Shown here piece by piece: positions 1 to 10,937 of a stretch of DNA of 64,000 nucleotides. How positions within the stretch are numbered: position 1 is the first letter of the stretch; every line of letters starts with the position of its first letter. The stretch lies in the IMG/VR virus record IMGVR_UViG_3300033177_000258. One strand, 5' to 3'. The notes under the pieces were generated by a model. That model was not told the DNA's origin and did no database searches. It saw only the letters and a list, made by a program, of their open reading frames with translations. The position numbers and the translations under genes were made by a program. The DNA comes from a virus (lineage: Duplodnaviria > Caudoviricetes).

Positions 1-1
1 C

Positions 2-754
2 AAGGTACCAATTGTTGCCTACGCTTACGCCAGCGACCGCATCACGGCTTACGGTATGCGCGGGCAAGCAGACCTCATACTCGAACGCGGTACATTCTAC
101 CTCTGCGTCGTAGTAGAGCTCCCCGAGCCTCTCAAGTCAGAGCCTAAAGACTGGCTCGGCGTGGACATGGGTGTCGTCAACATTACCACCGACAGCGACG
201 GCGAGAACTTCAGTGGGGCCGAGGTCAATGGCCTACGCCGTCGCCATGCGTCACTACGGTCCAAACTCCAAAGCAAAGGCAGCCAGTCGGCTACGCGTCG
301 GCTAAAGCAGCAGAGCGGGAAAGAGGCTCGTTTTGCCCGAGACGTGAATCACAGAATCTCCAAACATGTAGTCGCGAAAGCCCAAGGCACCGACCGTGGT
401 ATTGCCGTCGAAGACTTGACGGGAATCCGCGAGCGGGTAACGGTTCGCAAGGCTCAGCGTCGCGCACTACATTCTTGGGGCTTCCACCAGTTGGCCTCGT
501 TTGTCGAGTACAAGGCTGCGTTGGCAGGTGTGCCGTTTGTCAAGGTAGACCCCAAGAACACGAGCCGAACTTGTCCTGGGTGTGGTCATGTCGCGAAGGA
601 GAATCGTCCTACTCGCGACCAGTTTCTCTGTGTGTCGTGCGGTCTCGCTGGGCCAGCCGACCACTTCGCTGCGGTCGAAATCGGCCGTAGGGCTGCAGTC
701 AATCAGCCATACGCGGGGGCTCTGACGAACCACCTGCGAACTACGCTACTTTAG
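2..754 (+). CDS. tnpB: TnpB RNA-guided nuclease (IS200/IS605 OrfB family), cassette E1, 5'-truncated by window edge
   Basis: RuvC motifs GVDMG, AVEDL, ADHFAAVEI; zinc finger CPGC..CVSC; near-identical to 32978..34126; omega-RNA-type end AGTAGTTGAC at 762-771. Confidence 0.92.
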   Translation, partial: KVPIVAYAYASDRITAYGMRGQADLILERGTFYLCVVVELPEPLKSEPKDWLGVDMGVVNITTDSDGENFSGAEVNGLRRRHASLRSKLQSKGSQSATRRLKQQSGKEARFARDVNHRISKHVVAKAQGTDRGIAVEDLTGIRERVTVRKAQRRALHSWGFHQLASFVEYKAALAGVPFVKVDPKNTSRTCPGCGHVAKENRPTRDQFLCVSCGLAGPADHFAAVEIGRRAAVNQPYAGALTNHLRTTLL

Positions 755-785
755 TGGCGGCAGTAGTTGACCTGAGGGAAAGCAA

Positions 786-3700
786 ATGAGACTCGAACAG
801 CAAGGGACCGCCTGGAGGAAGACCATCGGGCCTGGTGATGTAGAGAACCGGGTCATGAGCACCGTGGAGACGCTGCGCACATCCGTGGCAGAGCTGCACG
901 GTGATGGTACTTTGGGGGACACCCTCAAGGTTCTGGAAGCTGCCGGTGCTATCGGGTTTGGGGAAGCCTACAGTGGAATCGTGCTGGTGGAGACCGGCAT
1001 CGCCTACATTGACGGCTACCGCTCTGCCTACTCCGGCGCCTACCTCTCCGTGCCTCAACCATACGTTGCGGTTGAGGCCCAGGAGTTGACGCTGCTGGAA
1101 AGCGAGGGGCCGGGGCAGAACTCCACCCGCTATGAACTGGCGAGAGAGGACGTGGTGGACGATGGCTCGTTCGTGCTCTACAAGCGCAATAGCGCCACCG
1201 GAGTGGATGAGGCTCTCACCCGGTACAGCCAGTACACCCTCGATGCCGCCCACGGCATCGTGACCCTGCTCGTTGAGCTCGGGGCCGAAGAAGAGTTGCG
1301 CGCCACCTACCGTTTCCGCGTGCCGGGCATCCTGTTTGTGGAGCTCGACCAGCAGGGGACACTGCATTGCAGTGTCGGTACCAGTGTGGCCGAGGACTCT
1401 GTGCCCGGTCAGGGCTGGGCCCCCGGCCCGATTGAAGAAGAGGAGTGGGAGTACACCCCCGGAGCCGCAGACGACCCCTACTTCCAGAGCGCCTACAACG
1501 GCTACTTCGCCCTGCCGCCCACGGCTTCTACTGGCACCATCCTGCTGGCTAAGCTGTACTACCCCGGACCCAAGGGCAAGCTGTACCGCAACATGGAAGA
1601 AGACGCGACGCGGGAGCTGACCGGCCTCAGCGCTGACGACATCATCAGTGGTGACTACGGCATCATTGACGACGAGCGCCGCATCCTGACACCGGCTGAA
1701 GACCTTCTGGACTTCCAGCAGGCGTTCAACGACATGATTGACGACATGAACTCAGCCGTGGCCGGGGCGGAGTTGGCCTTCTCCGAGGGGCGCCTCCGGG
1801 CCGCCGACCTGGACGGCGAAGGCATCGTCACCGGGGTTGTCCCGACAGGCGGCATGCAGAGCATGTACGTCAACATCTCGGCCGGCGTGGCCTACATTGA
1901 GCAGCATCTGGCCCAGCACGACTGGCTCATGCGGGTGGTTGTCCCGAGCCAGACAGTCCAGCTTGACGAGCCAACGGACGCCCCAAGCGAGAACCGCACC
2001 GTCACCGAGGGCCACCTGTACTCTCCGTCAACGACAGAGTACGCGCTGAACGTCGAGCCGGCCACCACCATCCTGTCTGTGAGCGGCGAAGTGGCCTACA
2101 GGTACACCCAGGCCAATCCTGCGCTGCTTACCAAGCGCCTGAGCGGCACGTTCTCCGCTTCCAAGCCCGCCGACAAGCCTACCTACGCCCTCTTCGACGC
2201 CACCTGCACGGCGTTGACGACCGTCGAGCGCGCCAAGCTCGAAGCGGCCGATTCGAACTCTGCCGCCAACGACAGCGCCGCCGAGAACCTGCATCACTCA
2301 CTGCACGTGTTCAAGGTCGAGCACCCATACGCAGCCGACAAGGCCCACACCATCAACTACCGCTGGGACGGAACCGGCAGCGGCGGCGCGGAACTGTTCA
2401 TCTTCAACTTCAACACCGACGCCTGGGTGAGCCTGGGGACTGTTGGCGCGACGCTGGCTTCGCTACAGGGCACCATCACAACCAACGTGACCAACTACAT
2501 CAGCGAAGGCGGAGACATCTACTTCGCGGCGGCCTCGACCAGCGCGTCCGATGGCGGTACGGCTGTGTCTGTCACGAGTGACTACTTCTACATCAACCTG
2601 TACGCCGGCCACTACGTAGTGGGAGACCTGGAGCAGGGCGAGAGCGTCCCGAACGACAGCTACAACCTCGCCGGCAACAAGGTGGTCTTTGAGGACGACA
2701 GGTTCGCGTACCCGCGCGCCGGCACCACCTTCGCGGTCCAATACTACGCCGCCCTGCCGCGCTACGACGCTCTGCAGGTGGGACTTGACGGCGCCGTTCA
2801 TGTTGTCAAGGGCACCCCGGCCGAGAGCCCCGTCATCCCAACCATCAATGATGAGCACCTGCTGGTAGCTAACGTCCTGGTTAGGCATGAAGGGGCCGTG
2901 GTGGCGTCCACCGAGGCGGCCGACAACGACAATGCTCTGTACGACCGGCGCCAGGTCATCTGGACAGGCGATGAGGGCCAGGCCGCTCGCGAAGACGCGT
3001 CCAGCCTTGTTGAGAACCTCCGCATGCGTACCTATGAGTTGCACGGCAATGTGGTGAGCAGCGGCTGCCGCGCCTATGCCTACCCCTCGGCGGCCGGCTC
3101 CTCCATCGTGCGTGTGGGCTCGGGCGTCTACTACGCTCTCGGCTACCGCCGCGAGTATGCCGGCTCTCTGCTGACCTACAACTTCGGCAGTCTGGCCGAC
3201 AGTGAACACCGTCGCGACATCATCTACATGGACACCGAGGGCGTCGTCTACAATGCTCTGGGTACCCCAGTGGCGCTTACCGAGGTCTCCGAGCCGCCAG
3301 ACCGCCCAGCCGGCACCATCCTCATCGCCTACGTGGAAATGACCGCTGACCTGGTGGCTGCTTCACGGGTTCCGCAGACCGCAATATACGACATGCGCAC
3401 CGTGCAGGGGCAGCCCGATACCGGAGGAGATGACGGGGAAGACCCAGTTGTGGTGGTAGACAACAATCTTCTGGCATACTTCAACGAGCTAGGCGGGGAA
3501 GGGCTGCTCGCGGCGGATGTCAGTGTTGTCGCCAAGGCCACCCCATCGCGCTCTGTGGACCTGTCTACTGCCACCACCAGCCGGGCCTACATTTCCGGTC
3601 AGCGAGTGCTGCCTGACGCCATGGCTAGCAGCTACAAGACCTACGAGGTGTCGCGGCCGGGCGCCATCGCCGCCACCAACGACGAGAACCCGAACTTCCA

Positions 3701-5837
3701 TCCGTTCATCAGTCTGCCGCAGGAATCCGCCGAGGCCAACTACTTCAACCTTTGGTCTCACCTGAGCCCCATCGAGGGGCTGCAGTTTCCACTGCAGAGC
3801 GTCTCGCGCATCAAGGCCAACGCCTGGTGCGACCACACCTTCCGGCGCGCGCACGGCGCGGCTCACACCAACCGCGCCTGGCACCTCTCGTACACCTCGC
3901 TGGCAGTGGACCCCGAGTCCCTGCCGGGCGCGGCAGAAGAGTTCGACAGCGATGGCTTCGAAGTCAACGGCGAGCCCGTCCTCACCGGTGAGTACGAGAG
4001 CTACGAGAACATGATGTTCTCTGATGGCATCGCGGCCACCAGTGAATCTTCGCCCGACAACGGCCACTACATGATGCACGTGTTCGCCTTCCGTCACGTC
4101 ACCAATGGTGGCACGGTGGCCCGCATCAAAGCGCGTTGGGACGGTACCGGAGAGAAGCCCGACGCCAACAACGACATCAGCTACGGGGCCATCCTTCAGA
4201 TATGGAACGGAAGTTCATGGGAGACCCTGGCCGACTACGACGAAGACAACCTCGGCACGGATGTCGCTATACGGCTGGAAGGCCAGGTAACGAGCAACCT
4301 GGACGACTACCGCCAGACAGATGACTACATCTACATCCGCGTCTACAACCCGCTGGCCGCAGACGGAACGCGCGGCTCGGAACTCTCCACCGACTTCGTG
4401 TGCGTCTGGGTCCTGGAGAACGGGCGGTGGATGGTTCCCAATAAGGTCTACAACGGCCACTTCGAACATGGCACCGGCATGCCTTACGGTTGGGAAGTCG
4501 TACAGGGCTCGGCCAGTTGGGACAGCTCTCAGGCCGACTCCCTGGCCAACAAGTACAACTGGTACAAGGACTGGGACTGGCTGGACAACATTGACACCGG
4601 CAGCCGCACGGAAATGGACTCCGGCTTCTACAATGACTTCCGGTCAAAGTGCCTGTCGCTCAGCAATGGAGGGTCGGACACCATCCGGGTACGCCAGCGC
4701 TTCGCCATTGACCAGGACTCTGGCACGGCGTTCCTGAAGCGGCCGGTGCGCTTCTCGTTTGACTACTGGCGCAACATCACCGAGGGCGAGCAGGACGAGA
4801 ACTTCTCCGTCCGCCTGCGGCTGTGGAACGTGGACAACGAACTGGAAGCCGACAACACCATCATGCTGGATGTGGGCTCGTGTTCATGGGAAGAGAAGGT
4901 CTACAACTTCATCCCCGAAAAGCACCTGAGCTACGGAGAAGTCACCATCCTGCTGGCCGACAAGACCGGCACCGCGAAGTTCGACAACTTCCGTCTCGTT
5001 GAGCTCCCAGATGGGACTTTCGAGACGGTGGACGACGAGACGACATTCTACTCGTTCTACGTGGAGCACGATTACGAGGTGGGGCAGGACCGCATTGACT
5101 GGCGCTGCTCTGGCTTCGACCCCTACATCGCGAGCGACTATGAGGTCACCTACCGGCACTGGCTACTGCGCACCGATAGCTGCCAGCTCACAGCCGGCAA
5201 CAGCTTCGCGGTCTACACCGGCGCTGAGGGTGCCACCGCGACCCCGCCCCCGCAGCAGTTGCGCTGCCTGGAGTTGGCGCGCATCGTCATCCGGGGCGAC
5301 CGGCCCATCAAGGATGCCGACGACGGCTGGTGCTCCTACATCGCGAACCTCAACCCCGTCATCTTCACTGGCGACGAGGGCGTCGAACACCGCGTTGAGC
5401 TGGCCAAGCTCCAAGCCGAGCTCGGCCCCCTGATGCGCAACAGCTTCCTGTTCGGCTGCACGCCCACGCGTGTCAGCAGCACGAAGGTTACGGTGGGCAT
5501 CGGTGCCTATTGGTGCGATGGAGTTGAGATAGAGAGGTTGGAGGTCGGCGAAGCCGGCACTCCGGGGGGAGAGAGCGGACGCTACTACCTGGTGGCTACC
5601 GCCGACGCCAACGGCGCCCCTACCTTCTCATGGGTCTACTGCGCCAGTGGTTGGCCGAGCACAGGCCCGGCCGTGATGCAGATTTCCTGGGACAAGGACG
5701 CCGGGACTTTTGCCGACGACATGGTGGACCTGCGCGGTATCCAGAACGCTCCGCCTCCCGCAGATGCGGTGGGCGTCCTGTCGGAGAGTGTCTTCTCCGA
5801 CCAGCACTTCACGCACGTGTTCAACTTCCGCAAGTAA
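786..5837 (+). CDS. Large virion structural protein (tail fibre/baseplate-like), 1683 aa
   Basis: Long acidic, beta-rich ORF with an internally repeated module (R-x-D...G-T-P...P-P...L/I-A) three times; next to an Ig-domain protein. Confidence 0.6.
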   Translation: MRLEQQGTAWRKTIGPGDVENRVMSTVETLRTSVAELHGDGTLGDTLKVLEAAGAIGFGEAYSGIVLVETGIAYIDGYRSAYSGAYLSVPQPYVAVEAQELTLLESEGPGQNSTRYELAREDVVDDGSFVLYKRNSATGVDEALTRYSQYTLDAAHGIVTLLVELGAEEELRATYRFRVPGILFVELDQQGTLHCSVGTSVAEDSVPGQGWAPGPIEEEEWEYTPGAADDPYFQSAYNGYFALPPTASTGTILLAKLYYPGPKGKLYRNMEEDATRELTGLSADDIISGDYGIIDDERRILTPAEDLLDFQQAFNDMIDDMNSAVAGAELAFSEGRLRAADLDGEGIVTGVVPTGGMQSMYVNISAGVAYIEQHLAQHDWLMRVVVPSQTVQLDEPTDAPSENRTVTEGHLYSPSTTEYALNVEPATTILSVSGEVAYRYTQANPALLTKRLSGTFSASKPADKPTYALFDATCTALTTVERAKLEAADSNSAANDSAAENLHHSLHVFKVEHPYAADKAHTINYRWDGTGSGGAELFIFNFNTDAWVSLGTVGATLASLQGTITTNVTNYISEGGDIYFAAASTSASDGGTAVSVTSDYFYINLYAGHYVVGDLEQGESVPNDSYNLAGNKVVFEDDRFAYPRAGTTFAVQYYAALPRYDALQVGLDGAVHVVKGTPAESPVIPTINDEHLLVANVLVRHEGAVVASTEAADNDNALYDRRQVIWTGDEGQAAREDASSLVENLRMRTYELHGNVVSSGCRAYAYPSAAGSSIVRVGSGVYYALGYRREYAGSLLTYNFGSLADSEHRRDIIYMDTEGVVYNALGTPVALTEVSEPPDRPAGTILIAYVEMTADLVAASRVPQTAIYDMRTVQGQPDTGGDDGEDPVVVVDNNLLAYFNELGGEGLLAADVSVVAKATPSRSVDLSTATTSRAYISGQRVLPDAMASSYKTYEVSRPGAIAATNDENPNFHPFISLPQESAEANYFNLWSHLSPIEGLQFPLQSVSRIKANAWCDHTFRRAHGAAHTNRAWHLSYTSLAVDPESLPGAAEEFDSDGFEVNGEPVLTGEYESYENMMFSDGIAATSESSPDNGHYMMHVFAFRHVTNGGTVARIKARWDGTGEKPDANNDISYGAILQIWNGSSWETLADYDEDNLGTDVAIRLEGQVTSNLDDYRQTDDYIYIRVYNPLAADGTRGSELSTDFVCVWVLENGRWMVPNKVYNGHFEHGTGMPYGWEVVQGSASWDSSQADSLANKYNWYKDWDWLDNIDTGSRTEMDSGFYNDFRSKCLSLSNGGSDTIRVRQRFAIDQDSGTAFLKRPVRFSFDYWRNITEGEQDENFSVRLRLWNVDNELEADNTIMLDVGSCSWEEKVYNFIPEKHLSYGEVTILLADKTGTAKFDNFRLVELPDGTFETVDDETTFYSFYVEHDYEVGQDRIDWRCSGFDPYIASDYEVTYRHWLLRTDSCQLTAGNSFAVYTGAEGATATPPPQQLRCLELARIVIRGDRPIKDADDGWCSYIANLNPVIFTGDEGVEHRVELAKLQAELGPLMRNSFLFGCTPTRVSSTKVTVGIGAYWCDGVEIERLEVGEAGTPGGESGRYYLVATADANGAPTFSWVYCASGWPSTGPAVMQISWDKDAGTFADDMVDLRGIQNAPPPADAVGVLSESVFSDQHFTHVFNFRK

Positions 5838-5851
5838 GCCGGAGGGACTAG

Positions 5852-8800
5852 ATGAACTGGTATTCACCCAACGCCATTCGATGCGTCGGCACCAAGTTCG
5901 ACGCCCAGTTTGCCATTGGCGTCAACTTCAATTCCGGCGACTACATCAAGGTCTACTGGAACGAGGCGCAGGGCGGCCCGGCCGAGATTGGACACTACGA
6001 TGAGGCCCTCAACATCACGGTCGCCAACTGGGCCTACCGCAAGGTCGCCTGCAACTGTGGTGACAATGCGGGTGGCGGCGACGCGACCTTCACCGTGAAG
6101 CACTTCAACTCCAGCAACACGGTTCTGGAAGAGTGTACTTCGCCAACGCTGAAGCTGGCCAACTGGGATGCTCCCACCCCAGCTTCTACCTTCGGCATGG
6201 AGTTTGATGTCCAGCTCTCCAGCCTGGTGCTCAATAAGAGCGGGGCCATCCGGGTCTACACCATCGAGGGTGGTGTGCCTACTACTCTCATCGGCACCCA
6301 GGCCGTGGCGGCCGGCCAAACATCCGCCACCGTGCCCTGTCTGGCTGAAGGGGAGACCGGGGACAATGTGCTGTTGGGGGCTTACTACTACCCATCAGCC
6401 GGAACCGTTCTCTTCCTGCGCCAGGCTACGGTCAACATCTACGCTCTGCACTGGGTCTACCCCGCCAAGGGGTCTGTGCACGAAGGGCTCAGCTTCACGG
6501 CTCAGATAGCCGGCATCGAGGGGGCCCTGGAGAATGACGAGCTAGTCATCACCGCTGGGCCGGGCCCTGGCGGAGAGCGGGAGGTTGGCTCAACAACGCT
6601 GGTCGCCGGCCAAGCGACGGCCGAAGTTGAAGTAACCGGCCTGGAGGTAACCGATGCCCGATTCGTGGTCACGCACGGTACCAAGCTGGCGTACATACCC
6701 CTCACCATCATCACTGAAGAAGACCTACCGTCTACCCCATATCCTGGCGGGTTCAGCCGGGGGCCGGCCTTCGATTACCAGTACGGGAATATTAGCTTCG
6801 GCGCATACGGCGTCGGGCGCGCCTCTATCGGGGGGACCGACTTCGTGATTGCCGCGCTCCATAGCAACAGCGGGCTAGGCTACAGCTTCATGCTCTACGA
6901 CATCGCCAATGAGAACTGGTTCGCGGTCGAAGGCCCCGCCATCGCATATGGAGTCGGCATCTTCGGTGCTGGGGACGACATCCACATCTGGACCGTGGAC
7001 ACTTCTAACTTCACGTACCAGAACTGGATATCGCCCAGCGACAGTGCTGAGCAGCTCATTTTCAAGAAGTATGCCATTGACCCCAACGCTGGGACGGCTA
7101 CTCTCGTGACTACGAAGAATGTGTTCGTTGAGGGCAGGAAAGAAGGCACTCCCTGGGACATCAGCAACGGCCTCTTCACCCAATTCCTGCAGCGGGACGG
7201 CAAACTCTACGCCTTCGTCAAATATCGTCAGGACCTGACAACGTACAGTAAACCAACAATGCTCATCAGTTGGGACCTGACGGAACAGCCCGACAGAACA
7301 ACATTCATCACCGAGTGGGTATCCACAGACGCGGCGACCATCGGGGTCCGAATCCCAGAACCGAGCACAGAGGGGTACCTTTGGATTGTGCCTTACGCTT
7401 ACGCTCTGCCCTGGCTGAACCTCTCCGACTTCATGGTCATCCTGGGCAACACGCCCCTATCGGTGGGGGAAGACGGTACCGTAGCAGAACTGTCCGACAC
7501 CGTCTACTTCCCAACTTTGCCCATCGGGGGGTTTGGTCTGGATGAGAGAACCGGCCTGGTCCACATAGACACGCTGGGGAGCATCCATTACGGTTTCCAA
7601 GAAACAACTCGCCAAGGCGTCGGGGCTAGCATCCGTTGGGCGCTGGGTGATGATGGCTTCGTCGTCAGCAATCCGCTCATGCCCCAGTTCTCCATGAGAG
7701 AATCGACGTACTACTACCAGACCGAGTACGGGGCCCAGTGGAGAACCACTTTCGGTGTCTACTACTGCTATTTGAGCGGCAACCCACTCGTGGCCGTAGG
7801 CATGGCTGACGATGTGATAAGCGGCCAGTACGTGTGGAAGTTCGACCCGCACCCCGTCGTCACCGGACTCATGGCGTCTGGGAACGCGGCGGGGTACGTT
7901 GCCAGTTGGGTCTACCGAGACCCGGACGGGTACGAGCAGGCCCAGTACCGGCTGAAGCTCATGGACGGCTCGACTGTCGTCCACGATACGCAATGGGTGG
8001 ATTCTGCTCTCAGCAGTCACACCCAGACCGGCCTGCCAGCCGGCACCTATACCCTGAAGCTGTGGGTGCGTAACAACAGCGGGCGGGAGACCGGCCTGAC
8101 CAATGGCCCCTGGACGGCCTCCGTGGTCACTGGGGAAGACACGACCAATCTCCCCCCGGTACCAACCATTACTGCCCCCACGGCAGGGCAAGTCATCACC
8201 GGCACGCTGAGCATTGCCGTGTCCGCCACGGATGACCACGGGATGTCGCATGCGGCTCTCTACCTGGATGGCAACATGATACAGGAGTGGACGCTGGGGG
8301 GTCTCGGGACCACCACCTGGAGCACCACGTCCTCGCTCGACACGGCGCCGCTAGGCGATAGCCAGCACACTCTCAGTCTGATTGTGACCGACAACCATGG
8401 GTCTTCGGCGACCGCAACGAGAGTCTTCACCACCGACAACCACGGTGGCGGCGGCACCCCGCCCACCATCACGTTCAATGCGCCCACGGCCGGCTCCAAT
8501 GTCACCGGCTCCCTGACCATAGATGTGACCGTTGCAGACGCTGAAGATGGCGTCAGCACGCTGGTCGTTTTGGCAGGTAGCCAGGGGTTCAACTACTCCT
8601 ACCCCAACACGCCGGCATCGGTGACCAATACCAGCTCGGTCGTGGACACAACGAAGTTGCCTAACGGGCCTCTTACCATCACCGCGTTCGCGAGCAACCC
8701 GAACGGCCTGATGGGAACCGCGACCATCACAGTCAATGTGGCGAATGGTGGAGTGACCGGCCACCCGCCGACCATTTCGCTGACGGCCCCCGCTGAGCCC

Positions 8801-9904
8801 GACTATAGCGCCCCAATCCCGGTAGAGCTCGAAGCCAGCGACGCAGAAGGCATCGCGTCCATCTACGTCATCGTGGAAGGCAATGGCGCTCCGTCATGGT
8901 CCATCGCCAATGTCCCAGGGACAACGTTCTCGGCAACCATCAACATTGACTTCTCCGGGTACGACGCCGGCTCCTACACCGTAACGGCGACCATCACCGA
9001 CACGGATGGGAACGTGGCCACCGATTCGGTCACCTTATATGTGGATGTTCCGCATCCCATCCCGCACGTCGTCTCCAGCGCCGACGTGGAGCACTATAAC
9101 GAACTGGTGGGCCCGGAGTCCATCCCAGTACCAACCGATGCGTCGTGGGTCGTCTGGCCCGGCACTGAAGTGGACAAGCTCTCTGAGCGTGGCGGCAACG
9201 GCGTGTCCGTATACCCGAAGGGCACGCCCTACTTGCCCGTCACCATGTTCGACTTTGACGTGTCCTCCATGTTCTCCTGGCAGGCTGAGCAGAAGGATGA
9301 TGGCGGCGCGGCTACCGCGTTCGACCCCAGAAAGAAGAACTCAGGTCTGCGCCGGCTCCTCTTCACCTGTACCTGCAACTGCATGGACGGCGAAGACCCA
9401 GGTCTGGTGCGCCTGTTTGTCTGGGACGTTGTGGAGAGCCGCTGGCGCCACTTCAACTATGGCAACCCGGCCGTCCTGGCCGACCAGCCGGAAGACGCCG
9501 CCCTGGACCTCAATGCCGCCAACATCAACCTGAGCCGCTTTGTGGGCATCGGCCCCAACGAGACCCACATCCGGTTCGCGGTCGTGCCCAAGCGCACCAT
9601 GCCGGTAGGCGACTACCTGGTCAACTTCGACTTCGCCGACCTGCAGGTCGAGACCGACATGCGCATCTGCGGAGGGCGCTCAGAAGTCACCGGGACAGGC
9701 ACCTACTACCTGTGCTTCGACACCGGACGGGTGATACGGGAAGTCCCCGACCTGCCTACAGGCGCCACATACCGGCAGACGCCGGGCGTGACAGTCACGC
9801 TCAGCACGGGGGAGGCCGTAGAGATAACCAATGTGAACGTAGCTTACGCTACCATCACAGTGCCAGAAGCCGGCGTGCTGCACTGGATGGCGTTCGGTTG
9901 GTAG
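5852..9904 (+). CDS. Virion protein with tandem Ig-like/FN3-like domains, 1350 aa
   Basis: Three PPT(I/V)T..AP...A.D..G repeats typical of bacterial Ig-like folds, preceded by an FN3-like segment (W.Y.DPDG..Q..Y). Confidence 0.65.
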   Translation: MNWYSPNAIRCVGTKFDAQFAIGVNFNSGDYIKVYWNEAQGGPAEIGHYDEALNITVANWAYRKVACNCGDNAGGGDATFTVKHFNSSNTVLEECTSPTLKLANWDAPTPASTFGMEFDVQLSSLVLNKSGAIRVYTIEGGVPTTLIGTQAVAAGQTSATVPCLAEGETGDNVLLGAYYYPSAGTVLFLRQATVNIYALHWVYPAKGSVHEGLSFTAQIAGIEGALENDELVITAGPGPGGEREVGSTTLVAGQATAEVEVTGLEVTDARFVVTHGTKLAYIPLTIITEEDLPSTPYPGGFSRGPAFDYQYGNISFGAYGVGRASIGGTDFVIAALHSNSGLGYSFMLYDIANENWFAVEGPAIAYGVGIFGAGDDIHIWTVDTSNFTYQNWISPSDSAEQLIFKKYAIDPNAGTATLVTTKNVFVEGRKEGTPWDISNGLFTQFLQRDGKLYAFVKYRQDLTTYSKPTMLISWDLTEQPDRTTFITEWVSTDAATIGVRIPEPSTEGYLWIVPYAYALPWLNLSDFMVILGNTPLSVGEDGTVAELSDTVYFPTLPIGGFGLDERTGLVHIDTLGSIHYGFQETTRQGVGASIRWALGDDGFVVSNPLMPQFSMRESTYYYQTEYGAQWRTTFGVYYCYLSGNPLVAVGMADDVISGQYVWKFDPHPVVTGLMASGNAAGYVASWVYRDPDGYEQAQYRLKLMDGSTVVHDTQWVDSALSSHTQTGLPAGTYTLKLWVRNNSGRETGLTNGPWTASVVTGEDTTNLPPVPTITAPTAGQVITGTLSIAVSATDDHGMSHAALYLDGNMIQEWTLGGLGTTTWSTTSSLDTAPLGDSQHTLSLIVTDNHGSSATATRVFTTDNHGGGGTPPTITFNAPTAGSNVTGSLTIDVTVADAEDGVSTLVVLAGSQGFNYSYPNTPASVTNTSSVVDTTKLPNGPLTITAFASNPNGLMGTATITVNVANGGVTGHPPTISLTAPAEPDYSAPIPVELEASDAEGIASIYVIVEGNGAPSWSIANVPGTTFSATINIDFSGYDAGSYTVTATITDTDGNVATDSVTLYVDVPHPIPHVVSSADVEHYNELVGPESIPVPTDASWVVWPGTEVDKLSERGGNGVSVYPKGTPYLPVTMFDFDVSSMFSWQAEQKDDGGAATAFDPRKKNSGLRRLLFTCTCNCMDGEDPGLVRLFVWDVVESRWRHFNYGNPAVLADQPEDAALDLNAANINLSRFVGIGPNETHIRFAVVPKRTMPVGDYLVNFDFADLQVETDMRICGGRSEVTGTGTYYLCFDTGRVIREVPDLPTGATYRQTPGVTVTLSTGEAVEITNVNVAYATITVPEAGVLHWMAFGW

Positions 9905-9945
9905 AGCCGGCCGCGACGCGGAATACTTCCCAAGAGTGTGACCCA

Positions 9946-10323
9946 ATGAAGTTCAACATCGAAGCCAGGGTCCCAGAGCCGGTTACCTGCCCCAAGTGCT
10001 TCACCAGGTGCCAGCCTAAGCACCTGGTCTCTATTCTATGGGACCGCTCGAAGAACTCTTTCGCGGCCATGTTTCTCTGCCCTTGCCAGAACAGGTTCAC
10101 AGTGCAAACAGATGGCGGGGAGAGAGCCGCATCGCAACCACAGCAGCAAGTAGAGAGCAAGCCGGCCACCCCCGGCCCCACAGCGCCGCCGCTTTCCATT
10201 GCTGACGGTCGGCGCCTGTCTTCTCAGCTAAGTTCTCCGCAAGGTCAACAAGACTTCCTGCGGCAATTACTGGCGGCAGAAGAGCAAAGTGGAGGTTCTA
10301 ATGCCATCGCTCCCGACCCATGA
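9946..10323 (+). CDS. Small zinc-finger protein
   Basis: CPKC...CPC; ATG at 9946 follows the GGAATACTTC motif. Confidence 0.55.
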   Translation: MKFNIEARVPEPVTCPKCFTRCQPKHLVSILWDRSKNSFAAMFLCPCQNRFTVQTDGGERAASQPQQQVESKPATPGPTAPPLSIADGRRLSSQLSSPQGQQDFLRQLLAAEEQSGGSNAIAPDP

Positions 10324-10403
10324 CCCCTTGGCCCAGGCTCTGCCAGAGGAGAACCGCGCACACGTAGTGGCGGATACCCTGAGCAGGCTACGGGAGGCCG
10401 TTA

Positions 10404-10928
10404 ATGTCGGACCACGAGTTGACGAAACGTTCCAACGAGCCCGAGACGCCGCCCGGCGCTCCGCCGACGACGGAGCCGCAATCGTTGGTGCCGGCATCCT
10501 TGCCAGACGCCACTTCCGGGAATCTACCAGGCTGGCTTCTGGTGGGGCAAGCGGTTAGCGGAATCGGCGAAGGACTCCTCCGGCTCTCGGAGCAAGTGGG
10601 GGGTCACGCCGGCCAATGCGAAGGCCACTTCGGGCAGATTACGCAGATTCTCATTAGCCGCGACTCCCGCTTCGCGGTCATCGAGTCGCTCATCGCCTCG
10701 GCCAAAGATGAGATACTCAAGAAGATGGCCGAGCAGGAAGCCGCTCGTGCGTCCCAACTCACAGAGGCCCTCGGTATCCTGCATAGCTTTGAGGCGGCAC
10801 GCAAGGTGTTGGTCTCCAGAACCCTCTGGACTGTGGGTATCATCGTCTTCATCTTCTCCATGCTGCAGTTCATTGGCATCGAAGGAAGGGAAATCCTCCA
10901 GTTCTTCCATGACCACATGACCAAGTAG
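10404..10928 (+). CDS. Membrane protein, coiled coil plus C-terminal TM helix (possibly holin-like)
   Basis: GGAGG RBS; hydrophobic LWTVGIIVFIFSMLQFIGI. Confidence 0.5.
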   Translation: MSDHELTKRSNEPETPPGAPPTTEPQSLVPASLPDATSGNLPGWLLVGQAVSGIGEGLLRLSEQVGGHAGQCEGHFGQITQILISRDSRFAVIESLIASAKDEILKKMAEQEAARASQLTEALGILHSFEAARKVLVSRTLWTVGIIVFIFSMLQFIGIEGREILQFFHDHMTK

Positions 10929-10937
10929 AGGTACCCA

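Noticed and set aside
772-790. Target for the E1 guide (CTGAGGGAAAGC...)
   Set aside because: No convincing match in the window; the adjacent upstream gene lies outside it.
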